A DNA stretch of 64,000 bases from Anolis carolinensis (lineage: Eukaryota), in NCBI RefSeq assembly GCF_035594765.1, contig NC_085841.1, positions 364,735,252 to 364,799,251 on the forward strand, given 5' to 3'. Every line of letters starts with the position of its first letter. Positions within the stretch are counted from its first letter, which is position 1. The notes beneath the pieces were generated by a model. That model did no database searches. It was not told the DNA's origin and saw only the letters and a list, made by a program, of their open reading frames with translations. This document shows, one piece after another, positions 25,312 through 37,399 of this stretch. The position numbers and the translations under genes are program-made.

Positions 25312-27749
25312 TTTTATTTGTATTCCGCCCTGTCTCCCCATAGCTGCATTAGTCTGGACTATTATGCATAAAGATCTTGTAACCCCAAGGTACCTTCTAC
25401 ACTGCCATATAATCCAGATTATCAAAGCAGAAAATCCACATGATCTGCTTTGAACTGGATTATCTGAGTCTGCACTGCCATATAATCCAGTTCAAAGCAG
25501 ATAATCTGGATTTTATATGGCAGTGTAGAAGGCGCCTAAATGAGACAAATAAATCAGTAACATAAGGTTTTGTAGTTTTAACAAAACATTCTCATATATC
25601 CATACCAGATCTATTTTCAAGAATATTGCCAGAAAAAGCCTTCCCATGGAAAACATACTCTTTCTATTGGTAATAGATGATGAGAGAGCGTGTCTGGCAC
25701 TGTTATCTATTATGAAAATAGATAGCATAATCCAGGAGTAACAACATCTTACAATCACAAATCCCGGCAGAAGCCACAGAAACGTTATCTCATTGTTTCC
25801 TTCTTTAACCATTGTAGAAAACAGAAGGTATTACTTACAAGGCTGTTTTTCAACAGCATCGATTATATTTTCTATCATGTCTTCCAACTCGACTTCATTA
25901 GCTGATTGAAGAGCTTCTGTGAGATATTTAGCAGCTTCACTAATGGAAGAGAAAAGAAAACTTAGCCAAAATTAGCGATGTGGATAACATGTTAGTCTGG
26001 AACTGGATTACGTGAGTACACTGCCATATACAGTAGAGTCTCGCTTATCCAACATAAACAGACCAGCAGAAAGTAGGATAATAAGGAGGGATTAAGGAAA
26101 TGTCTATTAAACGTCAAATTATGTTATGATTTTACAAATTAAGCACCAAAACATCATGTTTTACAACAAGTCAACAGAAAAAGCAGTTCAATACACAGTA
26201 ACATTATGTAGTAATTACTGTATTTATGAATTTAGCATCAAAACATCACAATGTATTGAAAACATTGACTACAAAAACATTGATTACTAAAACATTGACT
26301 ACAAATAAGGATAGAATTGCACAAAATGAATTTACAGTAACAACATTGTTGGAAGTTAAATCTGTAAAAAGTTCAGTCCTTGCTGTCTACAGAAATAGCT
26401 GTGGATCTGGGCGATATGGAGACTGCGTTGGATAATCCAGAACGTTGGATAAGCAATACTCTACTGTAATTCAGGTTATTAAACTAGATAATGACATGAT
26501 CTGCTTGGAACAGGATTACATGAGTTTACACTGCCGTATCATCCAGATTATTAAATGAAACAATCACACTATCTGCTTGAAACTGGATTACGTGGGTCTA
26601 CACTGCCATATAACCCAGATTATTGAACTAGATAATGACATGATCTTCTTGGAACTGGATTACGTGAGTCTACGATGCCATATAATCCAGAGTATTAAAC
26701 TAGATAATGACCTTCTCGGAACTGGATTACATGAGTTTACACTGCCGTATCATCCAGATTATTAAATGAAACAATCACACTATCTGCTTGAAACTGGATT
26801 ACGTGGGTCTACACTGCCATATAATCCTGATTATTAAACTAAATAATGACATTATCTGCTTGGAACTGGATAATGTGAGTCTACGCTGCCGTATAATCCA
26901 GATTATTAAACTAGATAACGTTATCTGCTCGGAAATTGATTACATTAGTCTACACTACCATAGAATCCAAATTAAACTACATAAAGACATTACCTGCTTG
27001 GAATTGGATTACATGTGTCTACACTGCCATATAATCCACATTATTACACTAAATAATGACATGATCTGCTTGGAACTGGATTATGTGAGTCTACACTGCT
27101 ATATAATCCATATTATTAAACTAAATAATGACATTATCTGCTTGGAACTGGATTACGTGAGTCTACACTGCCATACAATCCAGATTAGTAAACTAGATAA
27201 TGACATTATCTGCTTGGAACTGGATTACGTGAGTCTACACTGCCATACAATCGAGATTAGTAAACTAGATAATGACATTATCTGCTTGGAACTGGATTAC
27301 GTGAGTCTATACTGCTATATAACCCAGATTATTAAACTAGATAATGACATGATCTGCTTGGAACTGGATTACGTGAGTCTATACTGCTATATAACCCAGA
27401 TTATTAAACTAGATAATGACATGATCTGCTTGGAACTGGATTACGTGAGTCTACACTGCCTTTCTGCAGTGTTTCCGAAGCTCTGGCCTTCCAGGCGCTT
27501 TGGACTCCACTTCCCAGAATGCCTTCTCCTTAGCCAAGGTGGCAGAGGCTTCTGGGAAATGCAGTCCAAAAAAACACCTGAGGCCTAGGTTGTAGATGTT
27601 CTCTACACGAAGGCCTTCTTCACTTGCCACGGCCCTGAGCGAGCGGCCCTCCACTCGAACCTGAAGAAAAGAAATACTCACGCGCGGAGAATCAGGCCGT
27701 GCATCTTGAAAGCAGCGCTCACTTTGCCCTTCAGTTTCTCGGCCGCCAT
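4449..27749 (-). CDS. POLE2: DNA polymerase epsilon subunit 2 (accessory B subunit), 19 exons, 527 aa
   Basis: Exons (minus strand, 5'->3'): 27682-27749, 25839-25939, 24323-24398, 23612-23689, 22663-22756, 21491-21565, 21022-21105, 20759-20815, 19721-19769, 18974-19046, 16640-16812, 14434-14523, 13952-14006, 10805-10864, 10644-10721, 10404-10512, 8778-8954, 7127-7194, 4449-4467. They sum to 1584 nt in frame: [22 protein letters not shown]...[10 protein letters not shown]...[11 protein letters not shown]...[11 protein letters not shown]...SKLQGL*. All introns are GT-AG except intron 8 (AT-AC). Confidence 0.97.
9254..9387. mobile_element. hAT-type MITE with 8-bp TSD
   Basis: TIR CAGGCATGGGCAAACTT...AAGTTTACCTATGCCTG flanked by CTATAGAT on both sides (9246-9253, 9388-9395). 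Many relatives occur, e.g. ~2501, 3370, 9019, 13061, 18805, 19910, 29107, 34113, 35229, 38861, 39963, 48909, 50346, 52817, 60746. Confidence 0.88.
11000..12046 (+). mobile_element. Solo LTR (gypsy-like) with 5-bp TSD, containing a CR1 3' fragment (~11326-11417)
   Basis: TGTTG...CAACA ends; TSD CATAA at 10995-10999 and 12047-12051; AATAAA near the 3' end (~11972). Confidence 0.8.
12121..12899 (-). mobile_element. Non-autonomous Helitron with a nested Tc1 MITE (12255-12577)
   Basis: On the minus strand it begins TCTATATATATAAAA and ends with hairpin GCCACAGCAACGCGTGGC followed by CTAG; inserted between A and T with no TSD. Confidence 0.82.
14151..14344. mobile_element. Long near-perfect palindromic hAT MITE in POLE2 intron 12
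   Basis: Self-complementary around GGCCGCTTAAGCGGCC; forward and reverse ORF translations are nearly identical. Confidence 0.88.
15280..15686 (-). mobile_element. Dong/R4-clade non-LTR retrotransposon 3' fragment (restriction-like endonuclease)
   Basis: [33 protein letters not shown]...VVPVV..TLGAVPK...[17 protein letters not shown]; flanked on both sides by (TAA)n. Confidence 0.75.
17101..18232 (+). mobile_element. Solo LTR with 5-bp TSD, nested in a Harbinger-like MITE (~16933-18390)
   Basis: TGTTG...TGACA ends; TSD GTAAT at 17096-17100 and 18233-18237; AATAAA ~18188. The host element has ACACTATGTAAC...GTTACATAGTGT TIRs. Confidence 0.8.
19770..20758 (-). other. POLE2: U12-type (minor spliceosome) AT-AC intron, POLE2 intron 8
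   Basis: 5' splice site ATATCCTTT (complement 20750-20758); branch point CCTTAAC (complement 19780-19786) about 10 nt from a terminal AC (19770-19771); the frame is preserved (ISKA|QFHSG). Confidence 0.95.
22101..22405. mobile_element. PIF/Harbinger-like MITE
   Basis: ACACTATGTAAC / CATAGTGT termini in a TTA context; relatives at ~8440-8750, ~24498-24775 and ~34427-34580. Confidence 0.6.
26467..27460 (+). repeat. 72-bp minisatellite (~13-14 units) in POLE2 intron 1
   Basis: Unit CTGCTTGGAACTGGATTACGTGAGTCTACACTGCCATATAATCCAGATTATTAAACTAGATAATGACATTAT, seen as a 24-aa periodicity in ORF 26788..27588. Confidence 0.92.
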
Positions 27750-28777
27750 TTTTGAACCGTTGGCGCCAACGGTGAGGCCACGCCCCCTTTCCCTTCGCCC
27801 CTTTTCTTCCGGCCACGCCCCTGCCCCTCTGAGGCGATTAAAAGCGGGTTCTTAGTTTTGAAACTCCAACTCCCAGAAGCCTCCGCTGCCTTAACCAATG
27901 AGGAGGCATGCTGGGAATTGAAGTCCTAAGACCTGTAGTGAGAGTTTAGGGAAATTTTGGTTTTATTACCGTAATAACTTGTCAGTCTAGTTGTCATTGT
28001 TTATTATATTTCCATACAGTTATTTATTGGCAGTAACAGAAGGGTTATAGGTCTTAATAATAATAATAATAATAATAAAACTTTATTTATACCCCGCCAC
28101 CATCTCCCCAACGGGGACTCGGGGTCTTGGAAGGTAGAGTCTCACTTATCCAACATAAACGGGCTGGCAAAACGTTGGATAAGCGAATATCTTGGATAAT
28201 AAGGAGGGATTAAGGAAAAGCCTATTAAACATCAAATTAGGTTATGATTTTACAAATTAAGCACCAAAACATCATGTTATACAACAAATGTGACAGAAAA
28301 AGTAGTTCAGTACGCAGTAATGCTATGTAGTAATTACTGTATTTACGAATTTAGCACCAAAATATCACGATGTATTGAAAACATTGACTACAAAAATGCG
28401 TTGGATAATCCAGAACGTTGGATAAGTGAGACTCTACTGTAGCAGCATTCTATTTCCATACAACTATGATATTTATTTCCCACATTCTAAAACCTAGTGG
28501 AGAAGCTGGTTTGGTGTTTGTTTATAATAATAATCATCATCATAACCATAATAATATATTAGTATTATTAGTGACACAAAGATATACAGTAGTATGACTC
28601 AGCAAACGAGATATAATATATTATTAATAATTATTAATATATTATATTATTAATAATATATTATTATTATTTTATTTTATTGAAACCAAAAAAAAAGGAA
28701 AAAAGAATATTCTCGCCAGCCCGATCGTGGTGCGCATGCGTGCCGGGCGCGGTTGCCTAGGCGACGCTATTCCCAAA
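27750..28777. promoter_or_regulatory. POLE2/KLHDC1 divergent promoter region
   Basis: The start codons are about 1.03 kb apart, head-to-head. Motifs: E2F palindrome TTGGCGCCAA 27760-27769 next to CHR-like TTTGAA 27751-27756, CCAAT ~27895, NRF1-like GCGCATGCG ~28732, X-box-like GTTGCCTAGGCGAC ~28752-28765. A Tc1-type MITE and AT-rich DNA split the CpG island. Confidence 0.7.
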
Positions 28778-31700
28778 ATGGCGGCCGCCGCCGGTGCTGC
28801 TCCGCGACTGGAGCCGTTCTGTGTGGCCGAGGAGCGGAGCGGGCACTGCGCCGTGGCGGACGAGGGCTACCTCTACGTGTGGGGGGGATACGTGGTAAGG
28901 AAGAGAGGCAAAACAACAACACATAATTAAAATATTGTTATTTATTACGGCCTGTTCGCTGGCCGCCCGAGTTTACCTCAGGAGCAGAGTGCGCGGGCCA
29001 AGGCTCCAACTCGGTCGCTGATTGGCCCAGGGCTCCTGCCCAGTAGCCACACCCCCTTTATCTGTCTTAAAAGATTGAGCAGGCCTCTCAGGGTTGTGAC
29101 TACAATAGGCATAGGCCAACTTGAACCCTCCAGATGTTTTGGACTACAACTCTCACAATTCCTTGTAGAATTGTGGCAGTAAAAGTCCAAAACATCTGGA
29201 GGGCGCAAGTTGGGCCATGCCTGATCTACACTGTAGATTAGAAGGAATGCAGTTTGACACCGCTTTAAACTGCTCTGGCTCCATGTTATGGAATTGTGGG
29301 AGCTATAGTTTGACAAAAGACCTTAGCTTTCCCTGCCAAGAAGTGTTGATGCTTCACCAAAGAAGGAAAACATGGGTTCACGAAGAAAGGAATAATCAGT
29401 TAGAAGTATTTATTTATTTATTTTATTAATTGTATATTATGTTTATACCCTACTTTCTCTCTCCATATGGAGACTCACAACTGAAAGCATTACAATACAA
29501 CTTAAAATATACAGTTATACAAACAGTATTAAACATAATTAAAAGCCTATAAAATCACAGCAGCCCCTGACGATCTTAAAAGCCTTCTTCTTTAAAAGCC
29601 TGCCTGAATAAAAAGGTTTTAACCTTTCATATTTATATTTGTTACATACAGTAGAGTCTCACTTATCCAAGCCTCGCTTATCCAAGCTTCTGGATTATCC
29701 AAGCCATTTTTGTAGTCAATATTTTCATTACATTGTGATATTTTGGTGCGAAATTCGTAAATACAGTAATTACAACATAACATTACTGTGTATTGAACTA
29801 CTTTTTCTGTTAAATTTGTTGTATAACATGATGTTTTGGTGCTTAATTTGTAAAACCATAACCTAATTTGATGTTTAATAGGCTTTTCCTTAATTCCTCC
29901 TTATTATCCAAGATATTCGCTTATCCAAGCTTCTGTCGGCCTGTTTAGCTTGGATAAGTGAGACTCTACTGTACTTATTTATATTTATTAATAATTTATT
30001 ATTTATTATTTTATTTATTTATAAATATTTATATTTATTATATACTTATATTTATATATAATTATATCTATATATATTTATATTTTTATTTATATGTATA
30101 TGTATATATTAATAATATATTATATTTTAGTGATTTGTATTGTTTATTAATATATTTTCTGAATGTATTCATTAAAAATGTATTATTATTTATTATTATA
30201 TATATTATATGTATTATATACTTATTTATTTATGTATATTATATATTTATATTATATACTTATTTATTTATATTATATTTAGATAATTATATCTATATAT
30301 ATTTACAGTATATTGTATTTATATGTATATATGTATATATTATTAATAATATATTAGCATTTTTAGTTATTTATATTGTTTATTATTTAATTATTTATGT
30401 ATTTTAAATGTTTAAAAATAATATTTGTTGCCATCAGTCTGAAGTGGTGAAGATATACTTTTCCTATGGACAGGCCTGTCCCATCCCACTGATGGCTGTC
30501 TATTATGACAGGGCTTTCATATCACACTGTAACATTGTTTTTAATTGTTTTTTTAACTTTTGCATTGCACTTTTTAAACTTGACTAAAGTGTGGGGTTGT
30601 TAGTTACCTTGAGTCCCCACAGGGAGAAAGGTATAAATAAACTTAATAATAACAGTAATAATAATAATTCACTGGAAGAACTCACCAGTTACACAAACTT
30701 GGACTTGGCTGGCTTTTGCACAGCTCATTCCACTCCTTGATACAAACAGTATTGTGTGTTTTACTTTTGTGTTCTTCAGCAGTCCAGATCACTTGCTCAG
30801 CATTTAAAATTTTGAAATGTTAAATATGTTGCTAGGCTCCTAGAAAACGAATATTTACATCGAAACTAATTAAAATTTATGTGCCCTTTTTTGCTGCAGT
30901 CCGTAGAAGAAAATGAAGTTTATTTGCCCAATGATGAGCTCTGGATTTATGAAATTGACAGTGGATTATGGTAAATCTCATTATTTTCCTTTGTTGTTTG
31001 TATTGCAATGTTTACCACATTTGTAATATTGCAATGGCCAATTTCTGATCACAGATTGTATTGCGAATATCTGATAAAACACAGTGAACCCAGCAATGCT
31101 TATAAGCAACAACCCTGCTGAATGAGATGAATGGAATATATTAGAGTGGTGTATACTGTTCAGTACCTAGAAGAAAAAATATACAGGAAGCCAAGTAGAA
31201 ACCAATGTCTTACACCATTGTTATTGCCAAATTGAAAGATCAGTTAACCATATCTATACGTGTCAAATGCATTGCTTTTATTCATTTGGGTGACTTTTGG
31301 GGTTAGATACCTTCTAAAGTGGTTCTCAGTGGAAAATTGTGACTTGTGTTTGCTGAACTGCAGGTCGATGCACTTAATGGAAGGGGAGCTACCTCCATCC
31401 ATGTCTGGAAGCTGCGGGTCTTGCATTAAGGGAAACTTCTTCCTCTTTGGAGGATTTGACGACAAAGGCTACAGCAATCGGGTACTAGCCCCCTTTGTTT
31501 TTTTAAATCCCTAATAAAGATTAAATACACTCGGGGTACCATGTATATATCAATCTGTGTTTGAACTCATCCCATTGGTTTTAAATAGTTCTCCCTTTCA
31601 GCTGCAAGACCTTCCCCTTGAAATATCACAAAATTCCTTTTAAAGCTTTTGCCCAGTTTCCAAAATGGTTTGCCATGGATGCAGAGTGTGCTGATGCATG

Positions 31701-34700
31701 AAACGACCAGGATAATTCTTTGTATTCTGTCACCAATATATTCATTTTGTTGTAAACTGTGACCAATGCATCTCTTTCAGAATTAATTGCTGCAGGCTTT
31801 TGATGGCAGAAAGACCCTATTTCAGCCAATTTAGGCCTCAAACCTGTAACTAAATTATATGACCCTTTAAAAGGGCCCCCATAATAATTAATTTCTGTGT
31901 TGCTTGTGGCCTAAACAAAATCAAATGTGGCAGGTTTCCTGCTTTTTCATTTGGATCCGTAGAAGTCATTGGTCTTTTAAAATTGAATTTCTATTTATGT
32001 AATTTATTTATATTTTGCGTTTTGGAACTTTTTGTGGGGAGAAATTAGACATGCTGAACCTCATCAATTAAAAATTGGTATAAGAGATTTAGATTGCCTA
32101 GTACCTTTGAAATTAGTGGGAATGGACAGCTTGATACCTAGGACCTAGATGGCTTCTTGTTTCTTTGTCCTTTTTAAAATCAGCTTGAAATGGCAAGCAG
32201 TTTCACTTTAATAGGAACAGAAAGCAGTTGAAAATATATCAGCTTTTTCATGACAGTGAGCTGCCCTTTACCTTTATGCTGCAGGTCTAAATGCAGCACA
32301 AAAGTTCTCCATTGCAGAGGAGAGCTGTTACTGTACTTCATTTAGAGAGTAGAAGGAAAATGAGTTGAGCCTTTAGCTTTTAAAACAACAGAGAAGTGAA
32401 TGTTATTAATTGTTCTCTCCAGTCACCATTTTATGCCAATTAGCAGTTCATTTTTCTGGGATATTGCTGTCTGTTGAAAGTGTTCTAATTTCCTTTAAAG
32501 CTCTATTATGTTAATTTGCGATCAAGAAATGGAACCTATTTGTGGAAAAAAATCACAGACTTTAAAGGCCAGCCTCCTACACCACGGGACAAATTGGCCT
32601 GCTGGGTGTATAAAGACAGGTAATTGTCACGTGGGGCTCCTTCGCAATCGGGGAGGAGGTGGTGTTAGCGGGGGACAAGTCAATCTTTGGCGTTATAAGC
32701 ATTACCCTGCGCTCTTCATTTCCCCAAATTTCATTTCTTCCACTTATAAAATGGGAGTCCTGCCGATATCAACATCTTTAAGTTATATATGATACCCCAA
32801 AATTGCAATAAAATGCTCTTAAATGACAGTGGCTAACATTTTCATTCACTCACAAGGAATAAGTGATTCCAGTGCAAACTTGATTCTGCTTTAAAAAAAA
32901 AAAAACTCCACAGGAATATTAGCATATCGTGGACACAAGCTTCCTAGAATAAATTCTCTGATCAAGTAGCTCCTTGAACAATATTGGATAAGGGGTCATA
33001 GAACCCTAGAGTTGGAGGAGACCCCCAGGACCATCCAGTTCATCCCCCTTCTTTTGCCAGGCAGGAAGAAACACAATTGTAGCACCAACAACAGATGGCC
33101 ATCCAGCCTCTGCTTAACAACCTCCAAAGAAGGAGACTCTGATGCCCAAAGAGATGAAAAAGGTGATACAGGGACTGCCAAAGAACTATTGTCAAATCAG
33201 GCAAAAATAAATGGTGTCTTAGGTCGACCAGAAAAGAATTAATTGGTGGTTTTATTTCTGATCTTTTCAGACTAATCTATTTTGGAGGATATGGTTGTAG
33301 AAAACAGAGTGAGCTGAGTGACTGTTTTGATGTTCATGATGCGTTTTGGGTAAGAGATGCAATCTTATTGGTGCTTTTATTATTGTGTTGTGATAGATTA
33401 GTGTGTTGGCTGCAGTGTGTAAGTGTGTAAAATAAGCAATAAATATATTTTTATAAATATAAATGAAAGGTTTTATAAAATATGTTGTATCCCCATACAC
33501 TTATTTATTATAATTTATGTGGGTGTCTGTATCTCTTATCAGGAGTTGTTTTAACATCTGGTTTGATAGCAAAACTGAATTACTGTGTTGAAAAATGATG
33601 CATGTCTCTAAAAAGTGTGTCACCAACATGAAACATTTGGAATGCTGTGTTATAAGGGCACAAGAAGAGCTGGGCTGGAGTCACCAAAGGGTATAGAGAG
33701 CAAAGACTCCTCTGGCCCAACATTTACTTCCCACAGTCACGGAATTTCTGTGGGAAACCTACAGGTGCTCCCACCCATCTTCCCCAAAAACTTACTCAGA
33801 GACATGCTGTGTTATAAGACATCTAGCCTTTACGGTTAATGGTCTACAACTGCCTTATCTTCCATGTATTTTGCTATTCTTTCCATATCTGGCCACTCTG
33901 TTCCTGTTTTAGGAAGGCCAGATGTTCTGGGGTTGGCACAACGATGTACATGTTTTTGACACCACTAAAAAAACCTGGTATCAGCCAACAATTAAAGTAA
34001 GTTTGATTTGGTACATTCAACCTTTCTTGGTTGTTGTCTTTTTTACATTCCAGATATGTTTTTACGTTTCCTCTTGGAATGATAAGAATGTTAAAAAAAA
34101 ACCCTTAACAAGAGGCATGGGCAAACTTGGGACCTCCAGGTGTTTTGGACAGAAACTCCCACAATTCCTAACAGTCCAAAACACCTGGAGGGCCCAAGCT
34201 TGCCCATGCCTGGTCTACATCCTTCTATCTTTCCTTGCAGCATGGAGTCCCTCCTCAGCCACGAGCAGCGCATTCATGTGCCGTACTGGGAAATAAAGGC
34301 TACGTGTTTGGAGGACGGGTTCTGGTTTGTACTTGTCTAACATTCACTCCTTTACAAACAAAAAAAAGTGGGTGAAGTTGTTGATTTAGTACAGAAAAAG
34401 GAGTAGGCAGATCATTTTGAAACAATCTACTATGTAACACTATGATTTTTGTTCCTCGGTTATAAATGTCATTTCCTAAGTGGTTCTATCATCAAAACAT
34501 GGAAAAGGTTTGTTAAACTGCAAAATGTTGTTTTTGTGGGCCATGCTGCAGAACATTTTGCTATAGTTTTCCAATGAATATCTAGTTGGTGAAGTTAAAG
34601 GTTATAGGAAAAGAGGAAGACCACATTACAGGTGAATTGGCTCAGTTAAAGAAACTACAGTTGTGAACTTGCAGAGCCAGAGCAGTGAAGATGATGACTG

Positions 34701-35289
34701 GAACACTTGGGGGTCCCTCATTCGTGAAATTGCCATAAACCAGAATTGACCTAGAGGCAAATATTAGCATAAACAATCTTACTTAACAAGCACTTCTTAA
34801 CAAACACAAGCACTTCTTTTCCTATGCTTCCCTTCACCAAGGCCAAAGCAGCATGCCATTCAGTTTGCAGGTTATGTTTCAGTGTTCAGAAGTGGATCAG
34901 GCTGGATCTTGCATGTTGCTATCCTTTGAAAGAATCGTATGGTCACATTTGCCCTTTTTAATTTTTTTTAATAGCAAACACGGATGGACGATTTACATTC
35001 TCTAAATTTAGATAGCTGGGTGTGGTCTGGAAAGTAAGTTGTTTTGCCTTACGTCATTCTTTTTCTGGGTTGTTGTATGTTCGACAACACATTCTTTTTC
35101 TGCTTGACAAACCACATTAAATGTTATTTGCCATTGATTTTTGACTATGTAGTTCGCCAACCAGCTAACATTTGAGTAATGGGAGAAACATGATGATGAT
35201 GGAAAGGTTTTATCTAATGGCCATAGATCAGGCATGGGCAAACTTTGGCCCTCTAGGTGTTTTGGACTTCCACAATTCCTAACAGCCTG

Positions 35290-35342
<53 letters not shown>

Positions 35343-37342
35343 GTAGAGTCTCGCTTATCCAACATAAACGGACCGGTAGAATGTTGGATAAGCAAAAATG
35401 TTGGATAATAAGGAGAGATGTAGTAATTAATGTATTTATGAAATTAGCACCAAAACATCGCAATGTATTGAGAACATTGACTACAAAAACATTGATTACT
35501 AAAAGGCAAACTGCGTTGGATAATCCAGAATGTTGGATAAGCGAATGTTGGATAAGTGAGACTCTACTGTGTATGTATATCTATATATATCCCGATATAT
35601 ATGGTTGTGAATACCAGGGAGAATATCCAGGCAAATAGGCATTTTTCATGAGATGTTAAGGGCGCACCATCTGATTCAACAGAAAAGCAAGAAAGACATG
35701 AAAACTAGAGTGTTGTGCATTAACTTGTGACAGTATTTAGTGGTCAGACACATCTTTTCTTGAGCTGTAAATTAGGAAGCACTGTTTGCAGCCTACTGTT
35801 TGCCTTATTGTTCAGTGAAACTGCAGAACTGAAGGTCCTCTTACAGCTAGCTTCAAGCTAGCTCTCAAGGTGCATCTACGCTGTAGAATTTATCCAGTTT
35901 GATCTTACTTTCACTGCCGTGGCTCCATGCAGTGAAATCCTGGGAGTTGTAGTTTTATAAGGACTTTCAGGATTCTGTGCCATCGAGTACTAGTGCCGCT
36001 CCAAATTACAAATCCCAGGATTCCATAGCATTGAGCCATGGCAGTTAATGTGGTATCACACCGGATGAGTCCATGTATTAGAAGAAAGACAGGATAAAAG
36101 TAAATTAATACAAATGGAAATAAATAAGTGTGGGACCAGACTTTGTTGCCATCATGAGTAAGCAAGCACTCTGTTAGCTAACACTAAGCGGTGGCTTCAG
36201 AACATAGTTCATGGAATCATAGAGTTAGAAGCGACTACATGGGCCATCTAGTCCAACCCCCTGTCATGCAGGAAAAGCACTGTCAAAGTATTCCTGACAG
36301 ATGGCCATCCAGCCTCTGTTTAAAAGCCTCAAGGAAGGAGCTTCCACCAGTCTCCAAGGGAGACAGTTCTACTGCTAAACAGCTCTTCTTACAGTCAGGA
36401 AGTTCTTCCTCATGTTCAGGTGGAATCTCCATTCCGGTAATTTTGTCATTGATAAATGTGTTAATGCTACCGCAGTCATGGTTTTCTTTGTTTCCTGAAT
36501 GATGTCTATTTTGGGCTCTCTTTTTTTGTTACATAGAATTAATACGACTGGAGAGAAACCCAGAAGCAGATCATGGCACACGTTGACCCCTGTAACGGAT
36601 GACAGGCTTTTCCTGTTTGGTGGACTGAGTTCAGACAATGTGCCCTTAAGTAAGTACGTACGTAGTTTGTGCTCAGAATTATTCTTCCCATAAGTTTTTA
36701 TGATGCATTAGAATAATTCACACAAAAAAGGAGAACAAAGAACGGGATGATTTCTGGTTAGTTAATTAGAAACTAATTAACTTGCTCCCACCTCCGTCAC
36801 AAGCGCGGTTGGTGGGGACGAGAGAGAGGGCCTTCTCCGTGGTGGCCCCCCGGCTCTGGAACTCGCTCCCCAGGGAAATCAGGCAAGCCCCCACCCTGGT
36901 AGCATTCAGGAAGAGCTTGAAAACGTGGCTCTTTACTCAGGCCTTTAATTAAAGATTGCTCATCCCCATAGCAATCTGTATCTGTGACCATTCCTGTACT
37001 GGTTTGCACTTTTTACCTTTGTCAACTTGATAAAGACACAGGGTCTATTCCCATCCCAATTTGCACTTCCAAGAATTGGCAGCACTTTATCAGTCACCTC
37101 GTGTTTACAATATTTATATGGTGCACCTTACCCAGTCTACTTTTACAACCTCTCCATTTTAATCCATGTTTTTATTAGTTCTTGTCATTTGTTTTTATTG
37201 GCTAACGTTTAAATTTTTATAATTGTGCATGTTTTTTGTCTATTGTTGTGTTTTATATTGCTATTGTTTTGATTCAGGCTTGGCCCCATGTAAGCCGCCC
37301 TGAGTCCCCTTTGGGGAGATAGAGGCGGGGTATAAAAATAAA

Positions 37343-37399
<57 letters not shown>

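Noticed and set aside
26788-27588. 266-aa ORF with 24-aa Cys/His/Leu repeats resembling an LRR or zinc-finger protein
   Set aside because: It is the translation of a 72-bp MITE-derived minisatellite antisense in POLE2 intron 1; it has a TTG start, and neighbouring units contain indels.
28742-28753. GCCGGGCGCGGT in the KLHDC1 5' region matching the 7SL 5' end
   Set aside because: A 12-nt match in a CpG island with no further 7SL similarity; probably chance.
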